This document shows, piece by piece, positions 44,691 through 55,169 of a stretch of DNA of 64,000 bases (positions are counted from its first letter, which is position 1; every line of letters begins with the position of its first letter). Source of the DNA: an uncultured Pseudomonadales bacterium (GTDB lineage: Bacteria > Patescibacteriota > Microgenomatia > UBA1400 > PJMF01); assembly GCA_964404025.1 (NCBI GenBank), contig CAYOIJ010000001.1:22685-86684 (forward strand). The letters run 5' to 3'. The position numbers and the translations under genes were made by a program. The notes under the pieces were generated by a model, which saw only the letters and a program-made list of their open reading frames with translations, ran no database searches and had not been told where the DNA came from.

Positions 44691-45616
44691 TATTGAAATT
44701 GTTCTTTTGTTGAATGATAGTTTGCTATAGTTAAACCTTTAACAATTTCATAAGTTTTTTTACTGAATTTTAAAAAGTTTTCCTTTACAGTTTTATAATG
44801 ACAAAAATTAAAAATATTTTTAAAATCTGAATAAACATATTTAAGATTTTCATTCAATACTTGCTTGCTTAATTGATGGTCAAATTTACCAATATAACTA
44901 TAACAAGCAATTTCTCCGCCAAGATAAGATAACTTTAATTTTTGATGCTCCTTTTTTGTTAGCCACCTATTGTGGTGCAAAATTATCTTGGGTTCATAAA
45001 GTATAGTTTTTTTGTTTATCAGAGCTCTCAGTGCTATTTCTGCATCTTCAGCACTTTTGGTTCTTGTTCCAGGTCCCAGCCATTCTTTAAAACCTCCATG
45101 TTTTTTAAAAAAACTGCTTTTCCAAGCCATGTTGTTGCCAAAACCTATGTTTTCCCAATGTTTACATGGTTTACTAATATATCTTTTTTGATTTTTTAAA
45201 AAAACTGCTGGGCAAACCAAACCGTTATTAATATTTTTTTTGTAAGGCAATGTTTTACCAAAGACAGCGACTATTTTTTTGTCATTTTGCAGGGTTGATT
45301 TAATATTTTTTAGCCAATTGAAGCTTGGTAAACAGTCATCATCAGTAAAAGCAATTATTGGAGTGGTGCTTAGTTTAATTGCGAGATTTAAGGCTTTAGA
45401 TTTACCTTCATTACTTGTATAAATATAGCGACAATTTTTTATTTTTTTAATTTCTTTTTTTAAGGCATGGCTCATCTTTTTTGAGCAACTTTGATCTACA
45501 ATAATTAATTCAAAATTATTAAAATTGCCATTATTTAAAGCCTGTAGACAATTAGTTAATTGTTTTTGACGATTTTTTGTTGCGATAATGAGAGATAATT
45601 CTGTTGACGTTGACAT
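44690..45616 (-). CDS. Glycosyltransferase family 2
   Basis: SLIIATKNRQKQLTNCLQAL...ELIIVDQSC...GKSKALNLAI...IIAFTDDDCLP (GT-A DxD). Confidence 0.8.
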   Translation of the reverse strand: MSTSTELSLIIATKNRQKQLTNCLQALNNGNFNNFELIIVDQSCSKKMSHALKKEIKKIKNCRYIYTSNEGKSKALNLAIKLSTTPIIAFTDDDCLPSFNWLKNIKSTLQNDKKIVAVFGKTLPYKKNINNGLVCPAVFLKNQKRYISKPCKHWENIGFGNNMAWKSSFFKKHGGFKEWLGPGTRTKSAEDAEIALRALINKKTILYEPKIILHHNRWLTKKEHQKLKLSYLGGEIACYSYIGKFDHQLSKQVLNENLKYVYSDFKNIFNFCHYKTVKENFLKFSKKTYEIVKGLTIANYHSTKEQFQ

Positions 45617-45634
45617 TGATATAATATTTTTGTA

Positions 45635-46051
45635 TTAGAGGCTATAATATTTTTTTTGCACTGAACCGAGAAAAGGTCCTTGTTTGACTTCAAATATTTC
45701 AGCTTGTGTTAACAGTTCGAAGCTATGACCCAAAGATCTTTGAAATAAAATATCCCCCTTTTTTAAAATTTCAGTTTGAAATAATTTCCCTTGCTTGTTG
45801 TAGAAATTTACTTTAACTTTTCCCTTAACAATGTAAAAAACCTCCTGCAAGCTATCCACAGAACATTTTTGAAAGCAATGGTAATGAGCTTTTAATTTAG
45901 CACCTTTGGGCTTTTTATGATAACCAACTTGCAAATAATCTTCCTTTTTTGAAAAAAAATCCAAATTATCAATTGGAAACTGTGCCCTCACAATATAAGC
46001 AATTTCTTTGTTGTTGTAGAGGATTTTTTTGATGTTTTCTGTTTTTGACAT
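45635..46051 (-). CDS. Cupin-fold WxcM/FdtA-like protein (possible sugar-nucleotide ketoisomerase)
   Basis: 138 aa. GYHKKPKGAKLKAHYHCF... resembles the WxcM-like C-terminal cupin domain. Lies in a glycan locus. Confidence 0.5.
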   Translation of the reverse strand: MSKTENIKKILYNNKEIAYIVRAQFPIDNLDFFSKKEDYLQVGYHKKPKGAKLKAHYHCFQKCSVDSLQEVFYIVKGKVKVNFYNKQGKLFQTEILKKGDILFQRSLGHSFELLTQAEIFEVKQGPFLGSVQKKYYSL

Positions 46052-46242
46052 ATTTGGTTAAAAACTAGCGGTGTAGATTAAATACAAAATACAAATAAAA
46101 AACACTAATAGCAACCAGTATTTAATTTCGATCAATTTATGACATAATATACCAGATAATCAACATTTTATTTATTAGAGCTTTTACTCTTTTGAGGTTT
46201 AGATTTATTAAACTTCACTGTTAGAAATTATTAAAAAAATCA

Positions 46243-47409
46243 ATGGATATAATTTTTTCAACCTATGAGGCTAAAGAAATTGGTGGAAGTTATTTGCGTT
46301 CCTTGTCTTTAGCGCAGGGATTAACTGAGCTAGAACATCAAGTGACTTTGTGGACTAGTGCTAAAAAAATTAGTTTCTTACCAAAAGTAAGTTATGAAAA
46401 GGGTGTAAAGGTTGTAGAATCAATAGGCTTAATGCCTTATCGTTTTCGAAAAGGGGGAAATGACATTTTTGATATTTGTTTTAGAAGTTTGGCTATTTTC
46501 TTTTCAAAATGTGATGTTATTCAAAGTTTTAATCATCGGCCAGCAGCGACTATTCCTGCTTTGATTAAGTCTCGCTTTTTTCCAAAAACAAAGTGGTTTT
46601 TGGATTGGGCTGACCTCTGGGGAAGAGGAGGTATAGCAGATCGTCGTTATGGACCTTTTAGTTTTTTAACAGTGAATTTTGATCATTATACTGAGCGTCT
46701 TTTTATTCGTTTAGCTTTTGCTGTTACAGTAATTAGTGATGATTTAGTTAAAAAAGCTAAATTAATTAGAAAAAAAAAGAACAATGTATTTTTTCTAGGT
46801 GTTGGAGCTAATATTCAAGGCATTAAGACGATGTCTAAATTTCTTGCGAGACGCAAACTGGGTTTGAGTCAAACAAAAAAAATACTAGTTTATTTATATG
46901 TTGGTACTTATGATGAAGAGTTATTGGCTAAAACTTTTATAGAGTTAAACCATTTAAGGAAAGATGTGCTATTAATGTTGTTGGGTCCTCCAATACCAGC
47001 TTTCGAGAAAGAAATAAACGTTCATAAGAGTTTAAACAATAAGGTTATATATCAAGGAGTTGTTGATAGAGATTTGCTAAGTTTATATTTGTCGGCTGGC
47101 GATTTAATGCTTTTACCTTTTGCAGATAAAGAAATTAATAGAGGTAAATTTCCCAATAAACTGGGAGATTATTTGGCAGTTGGCAGACCCACGATTGCTA
47201 ATCCAACCGGCGAAGTTAAGAAATTATTGACTCAGGAAAAAGTTGGAATTTTAGCTCCAGAGACACCAAAAGAGTTTGCTTCTGCGATAAATAAAAGTCT
47301 TAAACAAGTAAGCAAATTAAGACAGCTGGGTAAAAATGCTAGGATATTAGCTGATAAACTATCTTGGCGCACTATTGCTCAAGAGCTTGAAGCTTTTTAC
47401 ATTAAATAG
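46243..47409 (+). CDS. Glycosyltransferase family 1 (GT4-like, GT-B fold)
   Basis: C-terminal LMLLPFADKEINRGKFPNKLGDYLAVGRPTIANPTGEV (E..G.P.KL.EY.A.G.P.I motif). Confidence 0.75.
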   Translation: MDIIFSTYEAKEIGGSYLRSLSLAQGLTELEHQVTLWTSAKKISFLPKVSYEKGVKVVESIGLMPYRFRKGGNDIFDICFRSLAIFFSKCDVIQSFNHRPAATIPALIKSRFFPKTKWFLDWADLWGRGGIADRRYGPFSFLTVNFDHYTERLFIRLAFAVTVISDDLVKKAKLIRKKKNNVFFLGVGANIQGIKTMSKFLARRKLGLSQTKKILVYLYVGTYDEELLAKTFIELNHLRKDVLLMLLGPPIPAFEKEINVHKSLNNKVIYQGVVDRDLLSLYLSAGDLMLLPFADKEINRGKFPNKLGDYLAVGRPTIANPTGEVKKLLTQEKVGILAPETPKEFASAINKSLKQVSKLRQLGKNARILADKLSWRTIAQELEAFYIK

Positions 47410-48222
47410 GTTTTTTCTAAAAAACCAAATATTTTTTTCTTGATTGAAATATATGCTTGGACTTAACTTACATAAGTGAACAAGTTTTGTTATCTGTCTC
47501 CATATAACTTTAATTATTGTTGCTAAGACAATTGGTGTTTTATCGTTTATTTCGGCGTAATATTTTCGGTGTTGATCATTGTTTTTTCGATTAGGATTGA
47601 GTCGATATGAGGCCAAACAGGCATCAACACAATAGAGTTGACTGTGTTGTGCAAATTTTTGCCAAAGCTTCATGTCCATTGAATAAGGCACTTCATCTAA
47701 TTTACCTCCAGTTTTTTCCCATAGTGATCTTCGCCAAAAAGTTCCCTCTTGCATAATAAAACCCAATAGTTTTCTGGTATATAATCCTTTTTTAATTAAA
47801 GACCTTATGTACAGAGGTTTTCTAGCTAAATATATGAGGTGTCCAGTTTCGTTTATGGTAGATGGCAAACTTGTTAGCCAATCTATTTCTGGAAATTTTG
47901 CAAAAATGCTAGCTACTAGCTTGAAGGTGCCTGGTTTAATAATGTCGTCACTATTAATCCAAGCCATAATTTCACCGTTAGTTTGTGCAAAACCCTTGTT
48001 AATGGCATGAGATTGTCCTCGATCTTTTTTGCTCTCAAAATAATCAATTTTTTTTTGATATTTTTTGATAATTTCCAAACTTTGATCACTTGAACCCCCA
48101 TCTATTATTAGATATTCAAAATTGGGATAATCTTGATTTAAAACTGATTGAATTGTTTCTTCAATAAATTCTCCTTGATTGTAAGATGGAGTGACAATAG
48201 AAATTTTAGGCAATTTCTTCAT
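47359..48222 (-). CDS. Glycosyltransferase family 2
   Basis: KISIVTPSYNQGEFIEETIQSVLNQDYPNFEYLIIDGGSSDQSLEII, classic GT2 N-terminus. 287 aa. Confidence 0.85.
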   Translation of the reverse strand: MKKLPKISIVTPSYNQGEFIEETIQSVLNQDYPNFEYLIIDGGSSDQSLEIIKKYQKKIDYFESKKDRGQSHAINKGFAQTNGEIMAWINSDDIIKPGTFKLVASIFAKFPEIDWLTSLPSTINETGHLIYLARKPLYIRSLIKKGLYTRKLLGFIMQEGTFWRRSLWEKTGGKLDEVPYSMDMKLWQKFAQHSQLYCVDACLASYRLNPNRKNNDQHRKYYAEINDKTPIVLATIIKVIWRQITKLVHLCKLSPSIYFNQEKNIWFFRKNLFNVKSFKLLSNSAPR

Positions 48223-48247
48223 AGAAAAGTGTTTCTAGTAACAGACA

Positions 48248-49114
48248 TCAATTTTCTTCAACTGATATAATTTCACCGAGAACACTTACCTGATCAAAAT
48301 TTAACCACAAGTTTTCACCGACCAACAAGCTTTCCTTTTTACGATAAAAATAATAATCATTAATATTCTCAGCTAATAGATTCACATGTAGATAGACTTG
48401 GGTTCTTTCTGGATCTATGATTTTTACAATACCGCTTGTACTTGTAAGCTCTCTTTCTCCAGGCTTTTTTTCTACCTTAGTGACTTCTACCAAATTGGTA
48501 TTTTCACTATCTTTTACTGTGATACCTTTTTTTAGAAGATCGGCAATGTGATTGTCTATTCCCTTAATCAACACTTGACTGTTATTTACGTAATCAACCT
48601 TTGCTTCATTTTCTTTGATTTTTAAAACCAATTTAAAACTTTTTAAATCTCTTTTCTTTTCAAAAAGATCAATAATTTCTCCACTAATAAGCAAATCTTT
48701 TACTTTAAAAGATCTAACGTCATGTATTAGTAGTGGAATGCCCTCGTAAAGATATTGTTTAGTTACCTTATTTTGAAGAGCCTTAATCTTTAAAGTAACA
48801 TAAACATCATTAAAAACATAAGCATTGGGGTAGCTATAAACATCAGCAATTTCTATCAGAGTTTCACCTAATTGATTTTTTTGTGATTTTCCTGGAATGA
48901 TTTGTTCTACGTACCATGCTTTTGGCTGATTAGTATCAATGTAGTTTTCAGGATATTCATGATTAAAAAGTCTAATGGTGATATATAAGTACTCTGTTTT
49001 TCTACTGAATAAAAAATAAATACTGGCTGTAATAAAGAAGATAGCAAATAGAGCTATTAGATCAAAGATTTTATGTTTATTTTTGTTGTTTTTTTTAAAT
49101 AGTTTTTTTTTCAT
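48248..49114 (-). CDS. Hypothetical N-terminally membrane-anchored protein
   Basis: 288 aa, single N-terminal TM. No recognised family. Confidence 0.35.
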   Translation of the reverse strand: MKKKLFKKNNKNKHKIFDLIALFAIFFITASIYFLFSRKTEYLYITIRLFNHEYPENYIDTNQPKAWYVEQIIPGKSQKNQLGETLIEIADVYSYPNAYVFNDVYVTLKIKALQNKVTKQYLYEGIPLLIHDVRSFKVKDLLISGEIIDLFEKKRDLKSFKLVLKIKENEAKVDYVNNSQVLIKGIDNHIADLLKKGITVKDSENTNLVEVTKVEKKPGERELTSTSGIVKIIDPERTQVYLHVNLLAENINDYYFYRKKESLLVGENLWLNFDQVSVLGEIISVEEN

Positions 49115-50576
49115 AGTGTGTTAATGAGACTCCAATTAGGAATAAAGTATTTAATAAATTTCTTTCTGGATGAAAAAGCATTATTATAAAACTTCCTATT
49201 ATTCCAGAGTATAACATTGTTTTATTGATGCTGCTAATAGCATCCAATTTTATTAGATGTTTTAAAAAGTAATAAAAAAACAATAAATATACTAATAAAC
49301 CAAAAATACCTCTTTCTATCATAAACAGCAAGAAACCCTGATGAACATTCTCTGGAAAGTAGCTAACAACTCCCTTTGGAAAAAGTTGGTAAGCAATGGG
49401 AACAAACATTTGATCGCCAATACCTAGAAATGGACTTTTCTTAAATATTTCCCAAGCTTCTTGATATTGTATTAATCTAGTGCTGAAACCTCCCCAATCA
49501 CTAAAACTATAGATTGAATTAAGTAAGCGACTACTAAATTTGCTAAATAGAAAAAGTGCAATCAATAAAAATAAAAACCTATGGGCCCTACTAGTCTTAG
49601 TTAACTTTTTTTTCCAATTTGAAAATTGATCATTAAAAAATTTTGGGTGTCTGAAACAAACAAATAGAGCGCTGATTATCAAAGCTAAATAAGCGGCTCT
49701 ACTCAAAGAAAGAAATATAACAACTATTGAACCTAAGATTGTCCAATTAACAAAGTCTTTAAAGGGAGCTGCTAGCTTTTTTAAATAAAATTTAATAAAA
49801 GCCAATAAGAATATGTAAATGAGATGTTTATTAGCTAAGCCATTGGGGTGATAGGCTAGGCCGAAAGGTCTAAATCCACCCGAGCCCTCGTCTGCTCCTA
49901 GGCCAAAAATTGGAGCCGTTTTTGTAGTTTCTACGATTAAGCCAATTGGTCGTTTAAATAATACTTGTGCTAAGACAAGAATACTTTCGTAGTTGACTAA
50001 AATGAGCCATATAAATAAAAAAGTAGTGAGCAATCTATAAAACTCTTTTTTATTTAAATTATTTTTTAATAAGATCAAATAATAGGCCCAAATCACTGAT
50101 AAAAAACTATTAAAAACAAAAAAAAGGCTAATTTCTAATAATACGGCCCCATAAATAGCAGATAAAAATCCACTAGCAGCTACAATAATTATTAATTTCT
50201 CATGAATTAACAATTTCACTTTGTTTTTGTATATTCTTTGCCAAAATGGAATTAGAAGTAGAGCAACAGTGGCAATCATTAAGTAAGGAGTAAAAGTCCA
50301 AGATAAGTGTCGACCTTCAAAATATTGATGAACAACTATGGCTTTTGCAGGAACAACTAGAGTCGAATGGGATTGACCTATCCAAAGAGTAGTTAATATA
50401 GGTGCGACATAAATGATTGCTTTACTAAAAGAGTAGCGCCAAGTTAAAAAAAATAAAAATACAAAAGATAGGGCAAAAAAACTTTTTACATTAGGTAACA
50501 GGCTAGTAACTAATAAAAACAGCAAACAGGATAAGACCGCAAGCAAATCAGTTGATTTTTTAATTTTTTGCCACAT
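49095..50576 (-). CDS. Polytopic membrane protein, possible O-antigen polymerase/ligase (Wzy-like)
   Basis: About 11-12 TM helices with a larger loop near the C-terminal third. Context within the glycan locus. Confidence 0.4.
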   Translation of the reverse strand: MWQKIKKSTDLLAVLSCLLFLLVTSLLPNVKSFFALSFVFLFFLTWRYSFSKAIIYVAPILTTLWIGQSHSTLVVPAKAIVVHQYFEGRHLSWTFTPYLMIATVALLLIPFWQRIYKNKVKLLIHEKLIIIVAASGFLSAIYGAVLLEISLFFVFNSFLSVIWAYYLILLKNNLNKKEFYRLLTTFLFIWLILVNYESILVLAQVLFKRPIGLIVETTKTAPIFGLGADEGSGGFRPFGLAYHPNGLANKHLIYIFLLAFIKFYLKKLAAPFKDFVNWTILGSIVVIFLSLSRAAYLALIISALFVCFRHPKFFNDQFSNWKKKLTKTSRAHRFLFLLIALFLFSKFSSRLLNSIYSFSDWGGFSTRLIQYQEAWEIFKKSPFLGIGDQMFVPIAYQLFPKGVVSYFPENVHQGFLLFMIERGIFGLLVYLLFFYYFLKHLIKLDAISSINKTMLYSGIIGSFIIMLFHPERNLLNTLFLIGVSLTHYEKKTI

Positions 50577-51567
50577 AACCTAATAAGTAGTGTCTTTCAA
50601 AGTTTTTAATCAAGCAAGTAGCAAAAATTTTTTTAAAAAAAGAATTACATTCTATATGTTCTTTATATTTTTGATAATCTTTAACAAAATTTTTAATGGC
50701 ACGTAAAAAAAATAATAAGAATAATTGGTTTTTTAGATTAACTAAATTATCGTTGAGTTTCCACTTATCGTTTAAGTATTTGGCTAATTTCCCACGGTGA
50801 AAAGCTCGGCATTTAAATCTAGCAAAAGAATCAGTTTCTTCGTGATAAATTAACATTTTTGGAGTATAAGCTCCTTTAACACATCCTTTTTTAACTTGAA
50901 AATCTAAATCAAAATCAGCTGAATCATAATATAAACTTTGACATTTTTCATCAAATTTTAATTTCTTTTTTTTGAAAAAAGTAGCGTCAAGCAATAGGTT
51001 TTTAGTATCTAATAATTGGCCATTATATTCTTTCCAAAAGTTGTCTCTAGCGTGTTGAGCAATAGCAAAAATATTTTGGGTATTTAATAATTTAGTAATT
51101 CCTAAGACATATTTTGATTTTGTATCAGAGATTGTTTCTAGAGCTTTTTTAAGCCAGTTCTTGTCTGCTACGCAATCATCATCAATAAAGGCTAGATAAG
51201 GACTTTGATTAAATTTCATTGCTTGATTGCGGCAAGCAGGCACAGTTTTTTTGGGTAAATGATGGTACTCAATTTTTAACTTGTTGAACAATTCGTCTTG
51301 GGCGATTGGAAGTGCAGATTGCTTATCATCATTATCCACAATAATGATGGTGAACAATTTAAAACTTTGTTTTTTTAAGCTTAATAAACATCTCTTTAAC
51401 TTGATCGGTCTATTTTTGGTTATGATAGCAATGCTGACTGGTAAGACTGAATTTTTCATTAGAATTGTTATTATAATATAATAAACCAATGCTAAAGAAT
51501 GCTTTAATCTTAATTCCTGATTTATCTGGAGGACAACAAGTTTGTGATTTTGTTTGGCAAACAGCAC
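50560..51567 (-). CDS. Glycosyltransferase family 2
   Basis: VSIAIITKNRPIKLKRCLLSLKKQ...TIIIVDNDDKQS...LAFIDDDCVADKNW. Confidence 0.75.
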   Translation of the reverse strand: MLFAKQNHKLVVLQINQELRLKHSLALVYYIIITILMKNSVLPVSIAIITKNRPIKLKRCLLSLKKQSFKLFTIIIVDNDDKQSALPIAQDELFNKLKIEYHHLPKKTVPACRNQAMKFNQSPYLAFIDDDCVADKNWLKKALETISDTKSKYVLGITKLLNTQNIFAIAQHARDNFWKEYNGQLLDTKNLLLDATFFKKKKLKFDEKCQSLYYDSADFDLDFQVKKGCVKGAYTPKMLIYHEETDSFARFKCRAFHRGKLAKYLNDKWKLNDNLVNLKNQLFLLFFLRAIKNFVKDYQKYKEHIECNSFFKKIFATCLIKNFERHYLLGYVAKN

Positions 51568-52607
51568 TGGGTTTATCTAAAAACAATCAAGTTTATATTA
51601 TTAATTTTAATCAGCAAGAATTTAAGAAAAATAAAAACATAAGGCAGATAAAGCCTTTTAATTGTTTACCATTTAGTAGATTTACTCTTATTAAAAAAAT
51701 AAATCAGCATTTATACAAATTCTTATTAGGACTTTGGTTTTCTTTGAAATTTCCTTTAAAGAGACGTTATCTATGGATCTTTTTTCCTCAATTGGCAGAT
51801 TTATTAAGTTTGAGATTTTTTGCTTTTTCAATTGTTTTTGATATTGTTGACTTTCACTTTTCTTTTGATTCTGATGCTTATCAAAAACTACAAACACAAA
51901 AGAAAAAAATACTGGACAGCGCTGATTATATTTTTTCTATATCAAAAAGTTTAAAAAAATTATATGAAAATGAAACTGATAAAGAAATTCACTTGGTAAA
52001 ACAAGGGTTCGATTATCAAACTTTCAAAAAAAGAGCCAAAAAGAGTGTTAAGGTACCTGGTAGTAAGCCAATTATAGGTTTTGTGGGACAGATAAGCATG
52101 CGTTTAGATTTTTCATTATTAGATGATTTGCTTAAGGATAATCCAAATCTAAACTTTGTTTTTATTGGTCCTTTGCACTATGAGCCCAACGTTAGCCAAG
52201 ATTCAGGCTTATTACTTTTAAAAGAAAAATTTAATCAGCTTTTGACTCATTCAAATTTTTTTCATTATGATAAGCAAGAGAGAAATAAAATTTTATCCTT
52301 TATTGAGACCTTTGATCTTGCAATTATTCCTTATGACGCATCTTTAGTATTCAATCGCTATTGTTATCCAATGAAATTATTCGAATATTTTTATGCTGGT
52401 AAGCCGGTGGTCAGCAGTAATATTAAGGAGCTACAAAAATTTCCTAATTTTGTTAAAATTGCTTATTCACGAGATGATTGGCAAAAGCTGATTTTGCAGT
52501 TACTAAACCAGGATTGGTCAAAAAAACAACAGCAAAAGCAAAGGAAAATAGCTTTAGTAAATTCTTGGGAAAATAAATTGAATGAGATGATGTCTATCAT
52601 CGATTAA
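51489..52607 (+). CDS. Glycosyltransferase family 1-like (GT-B)
   Basis: C-terminal FDLAIIPYDASLVFNRYCYPMKLFEYFYAGKPVVSSNIKEL. Confidence 0.6.
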   Translation: MLKNALILIPDLSGGQQVCDFVWQTALGLSKNNQVYIINFNQQEFKKNKNIRQIKPFNCLPFSRFTLIKKINQHLYKFLLGLWFSLKFPLKRRYLWIFFPQLADLLSLRFFAFSIVFDIVDFHFSFDSDAYQKLQTQKKKILDSADYIFSISKSLKKLYENETDKEIHLVKQGFDYQTFKKRAKKSVKVPGSKPIIGFVGQISMRLDFSLLDDLLKDNPNLNFVFIGPLHYEPNVSQDSGLLLLKEKFNQLLTHSNFFHYDKQERNKILSFIETFDLAIIPYDASLVFNRYCYPMKLFEYFYAGKPVVSSNIKELQKFPNFVKIAYSRDDWQKLILQLLNQDWSKKQQQKQRKIALVNSWENKLNEMMSIID

Positions 52608-52615
52608 AAGATAAA

Positions 52616-53614
52616 ATGAAACATAATAAAAACAAGAAAACTAAAAAAACAAAAATTTTAATTACTGGGGCTGGTGGTTTTATTGGTGGTCATTTAGTTA
52701 ATTATTTTGATCTTCAACAAAATACAGAAATTAGAGCGGTAGATATTAAACCTCTGGCTGAGTGGCAACAAGTTAATAAAAATGCAGAAAATTTAATTTT
52801 CGATCTGAAAGATTTCAAAAATTGCCAAATTGTCAGTGAGGGTATTGACGAAGTTTATAATCTAGCTGCTGATATGGGTGGCATGGGCTTCATTGAAAAC
52901 AATAAGGGCTTGTGTATGCTTAATGTTTTAATTAATACTCATATGTTGATGGCAGCTGCTGATTCTGGAGTAAAAAGATTTTTTTACTCTTCTTCAGCTT
53001 GTATTTATCCTTTAAATAAACAATCCAACAGTAGCGTTATTGAATTAAAAGAGAGTGATGCTTATCCAGCTATGCCAGAAGATGGATATGGTTGGGAAAA
53101 GCTTTTTTCTGAACGAATGTGTCGTCATTTTAGTGAAGATTTTAATTTAGTAACAAGAGTGGCTCGTTTTCACAATGTTTATGGACCTTTTGGTGAGTAT
53201 AAAGGTGGTCGAGAAAAAGCACCGGCTGCTTTATGCAGGAAAGTAATAGAAGCCAAAATTAATAAAAAGAAAGATATCGAAATTTGGGGTGATGGTCAAC
53301 AGACAAGAACCTTTATGTATATGGACGATTGTGTTAAAGGTATTGATTTAATCATGCATAGTGAAATTGATGAGCCAATTAATTTAGGTAGAAGTGAGTT
53401 GGTAACAATCAATGAATTATTGTCAATAATAGAAAAAATTGCTGAAATTAAATTGAATCGTCAATATAACTTAGAAGCTCCGCAAGGGGTTCGTGGTAGA
53501 AGTAGTGATAATACTTTGATTAAAAAACACCTTGATTGGGAACCAGAAGTTGATTTGCACGAGGGTATGAAAAAAACTTATGAATGGATAGAAAAAAAGG
53601 TGATGAACAGATAG
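52616..53614 (+). CDS. GDP-mannose 3,5-epimerase homolog (plant GME-type extended SDR)
   Basis: Near-collinear similarity, recalled by eye, to plant GME. NLAADMGGMGFIENN / RFFYSSSACIYP / ESDAYPAMPEDGYGWEKL (YxxxK) / RFHNVYGPFGEYKGGREKAPAALCRK / IWGDGQQTRTFMYMDDCV / GVRGRSSDNTLIKKHLDWEP. Confidence 0.75.
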   Translation: MKHNKNKKTKKTKILITGAGGFIGGHLVNYFDLQQNTEIRAVDIKPLAEWQQVNKNAENLIFDLKDFKNCQIVSEGIDEVYNLAADMGGMGFIENNKGLCMLNVLINTHMLMAAADSGVKRFFYSSSACIYPLNKQSNSSVIELKESDAYPAMPEDGYGWEKLFSERMCRHFSEDFNLVTRVARFHNVYGPFGEYKGGREKAPAALCRKVIEAKINKKKDIEIWGDGQQTRTFMYMDDCVKGIDLIMHSEIDEPINLGRSELVTINELLSIIEKIAEIKLNRQYNLEAPQGVRGRSSDNTLIKKHLDWEPEVDLHEGMKKTYEWIEKKVMNR

Positions 53615-53635
53615 AATTTTTGCGAAGTTTATTTT

Positions 53636-55168
53636 TTAAAGACAATGCGTATATACCCTAGTAAAATCATAATCTGGCCCTTCTTGATACCATAGACAAC
53701 TTTTTTCTGAGTTAATAAAATTTCCTAGCCGGTATAGCCCAATTGACTCATACCAACTTCTCAAGGAATTGTCGTATTCTCCATAAATCCCCCAGTCCAA
53801 CAAATTGTTATAGGGAATTATAACTTTTGTATTATGCATTTTTTCATATTCAACGATACTATTTGCTAAATTATCCTGGTTGCTAATTTTTTCAATATTT
53901 TTTACAGAGATTAGAGAAATATTTGAATTATTTTTGTAATAGTATTCTAATGTTTCTGGATAGGGAGATAGAATGACGTATTGTTGTTGATCTTTTTGTA
54001 TTTTGTTTTGAATACTTTGTGCTGTTGAATAATCGTGACTACAAAAAACATATTGATTGTTTACAGTAAAATTTGGAAGAATTTTCCAAAAATTAATTAT
54101 GCAGATTACTAGCGTGATAACAATTAATATCTTTTTAAAATTGTTTTTTAGATTTTTTACAGCAAGGGTTGTCGATAAAACAAAGCTAAATATCACAGGA
54201 GTAAAATATCTTTCTAAATAAGCAGGAAATAAAGTATGAAAAACTAAAAACAACCCACTAAATAGTAGAGTTGTTTTGATTAAATTATTATTTTTATTTT
54301 TATTAAAATTATATTTTTGTAAAAAAAATATTAATAAATAAAAAATAACACTAATAAAAATAATAATTAAATTTGGCTTGGCATATAAATAATTTTCATT
54401 ATAGAAAAGAGTAAAAGGGAAATTACTTATGAATCTTAATTCTGGAATATCTCCTGATCTTTGAAACAACTCGACTAAAAAAGGAGTATTTAAGAAATTC
54501 CTAGAATAATTTCTAGTCATTAGCACAGTCAATATAACTGTGGCTGGAATAAAAAATACTATAATTTTTTTAATCAAATTTACTAAATTGCGCTTGTTCA
54601 AGAAATCAATAAGAATAAGGCTTATAAATAATAAAATAGATTCATATCTAATTAATATTCCTAAAGCAGTCAAAAAACTAGCTAAAAGAATCTTTTTCTT
54701 CCATACCAAAAAGAAGATAAATAAGCTAAACATGGAGAATAACACTTCAGAATTATTGGAAACTGCAGATTTAAATACTATTGGGTTTGATATTAAAAAT
54801 AATATGGCTAAACCGGCATGCCATATATCTCTATCTTTTTTTAAAATGAAATAAACCAAAAGAATGGCTGCGGTCATAGTAATAGCATTGATTAACAAAG
54901 CGACTTCAATTTCAGTCAAAAAAGCAGATAATACTTTTGAAAAAATGCCAATTAATATCGGGTTTGCAGGTAAAGATTGGATTGTTGGTGGTAATTGAAA
55001 CTTTAAATAAAAGTTGCTATCTCTTAAAAACTGAAAAAAATCTGGATCAACATGACGCTGTGGACCAATTAACTGTACTAAAAAAGCAAAATATATAAAA
55101 ATAATTGTATAAAAAATAATGTTAAATAATTTAACTATTTTTATGTTTTTAGTTTTTTTATTTTGCAT
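53636..55168 (-). CDS. Polytopic membrane protein, GT-C-like (ArnT/PMT-type glycosyltransferase candidate)
   Basis: 510 aa, about 12-13 TM helices. Topology resembles GT-C fold transferases. No definitive motif. Confidence 0.3.
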   Translation of the reverse strand: MQNKKTKNIKIVKLFNIIFYTIIFIYFAFLVQLIGPQRHVDPDFFQFLRDSNFYLKFQLPPTIQSLPANPILIGIFSKVLSAFLTEIEVALLINAITMTAAILLVYFILKKDRDIWHAGLAILFLISNPIVFKSAVSNNSEVLFSMFSLFIFFLVWKKKILLASFLTALGILIRYESILLFISLILIDFLNKRNLVNLIKKIIVFFIPATVILTVLMTRNYSRNFLNTPFLVELFQRSGDIPELRFISNFPFTLFYNENYLYAKPNLIIIFISVIFYLLIFFLQKYNFNKNKNNNLIKTTLLFSGLFLVFHTLFPAYLERYFTPVIFSFVLSTTLAVKNLKNNFKKILIVITLVICIINFWKILPNFTVNNQYVFCSHDYSTAQSIQNKIQKDQQQYVILSPYPETLEYYYKNNSNISLISVKNIEKISNQDNLANSIVEYEKMHNTKVIIPYNNLLDWGIYGEYDNSLRSWYESIGLYRLGNFINSEKSCLWYQEGPDYDFTRVYTHCL

Positions 55169-55169
55169 T

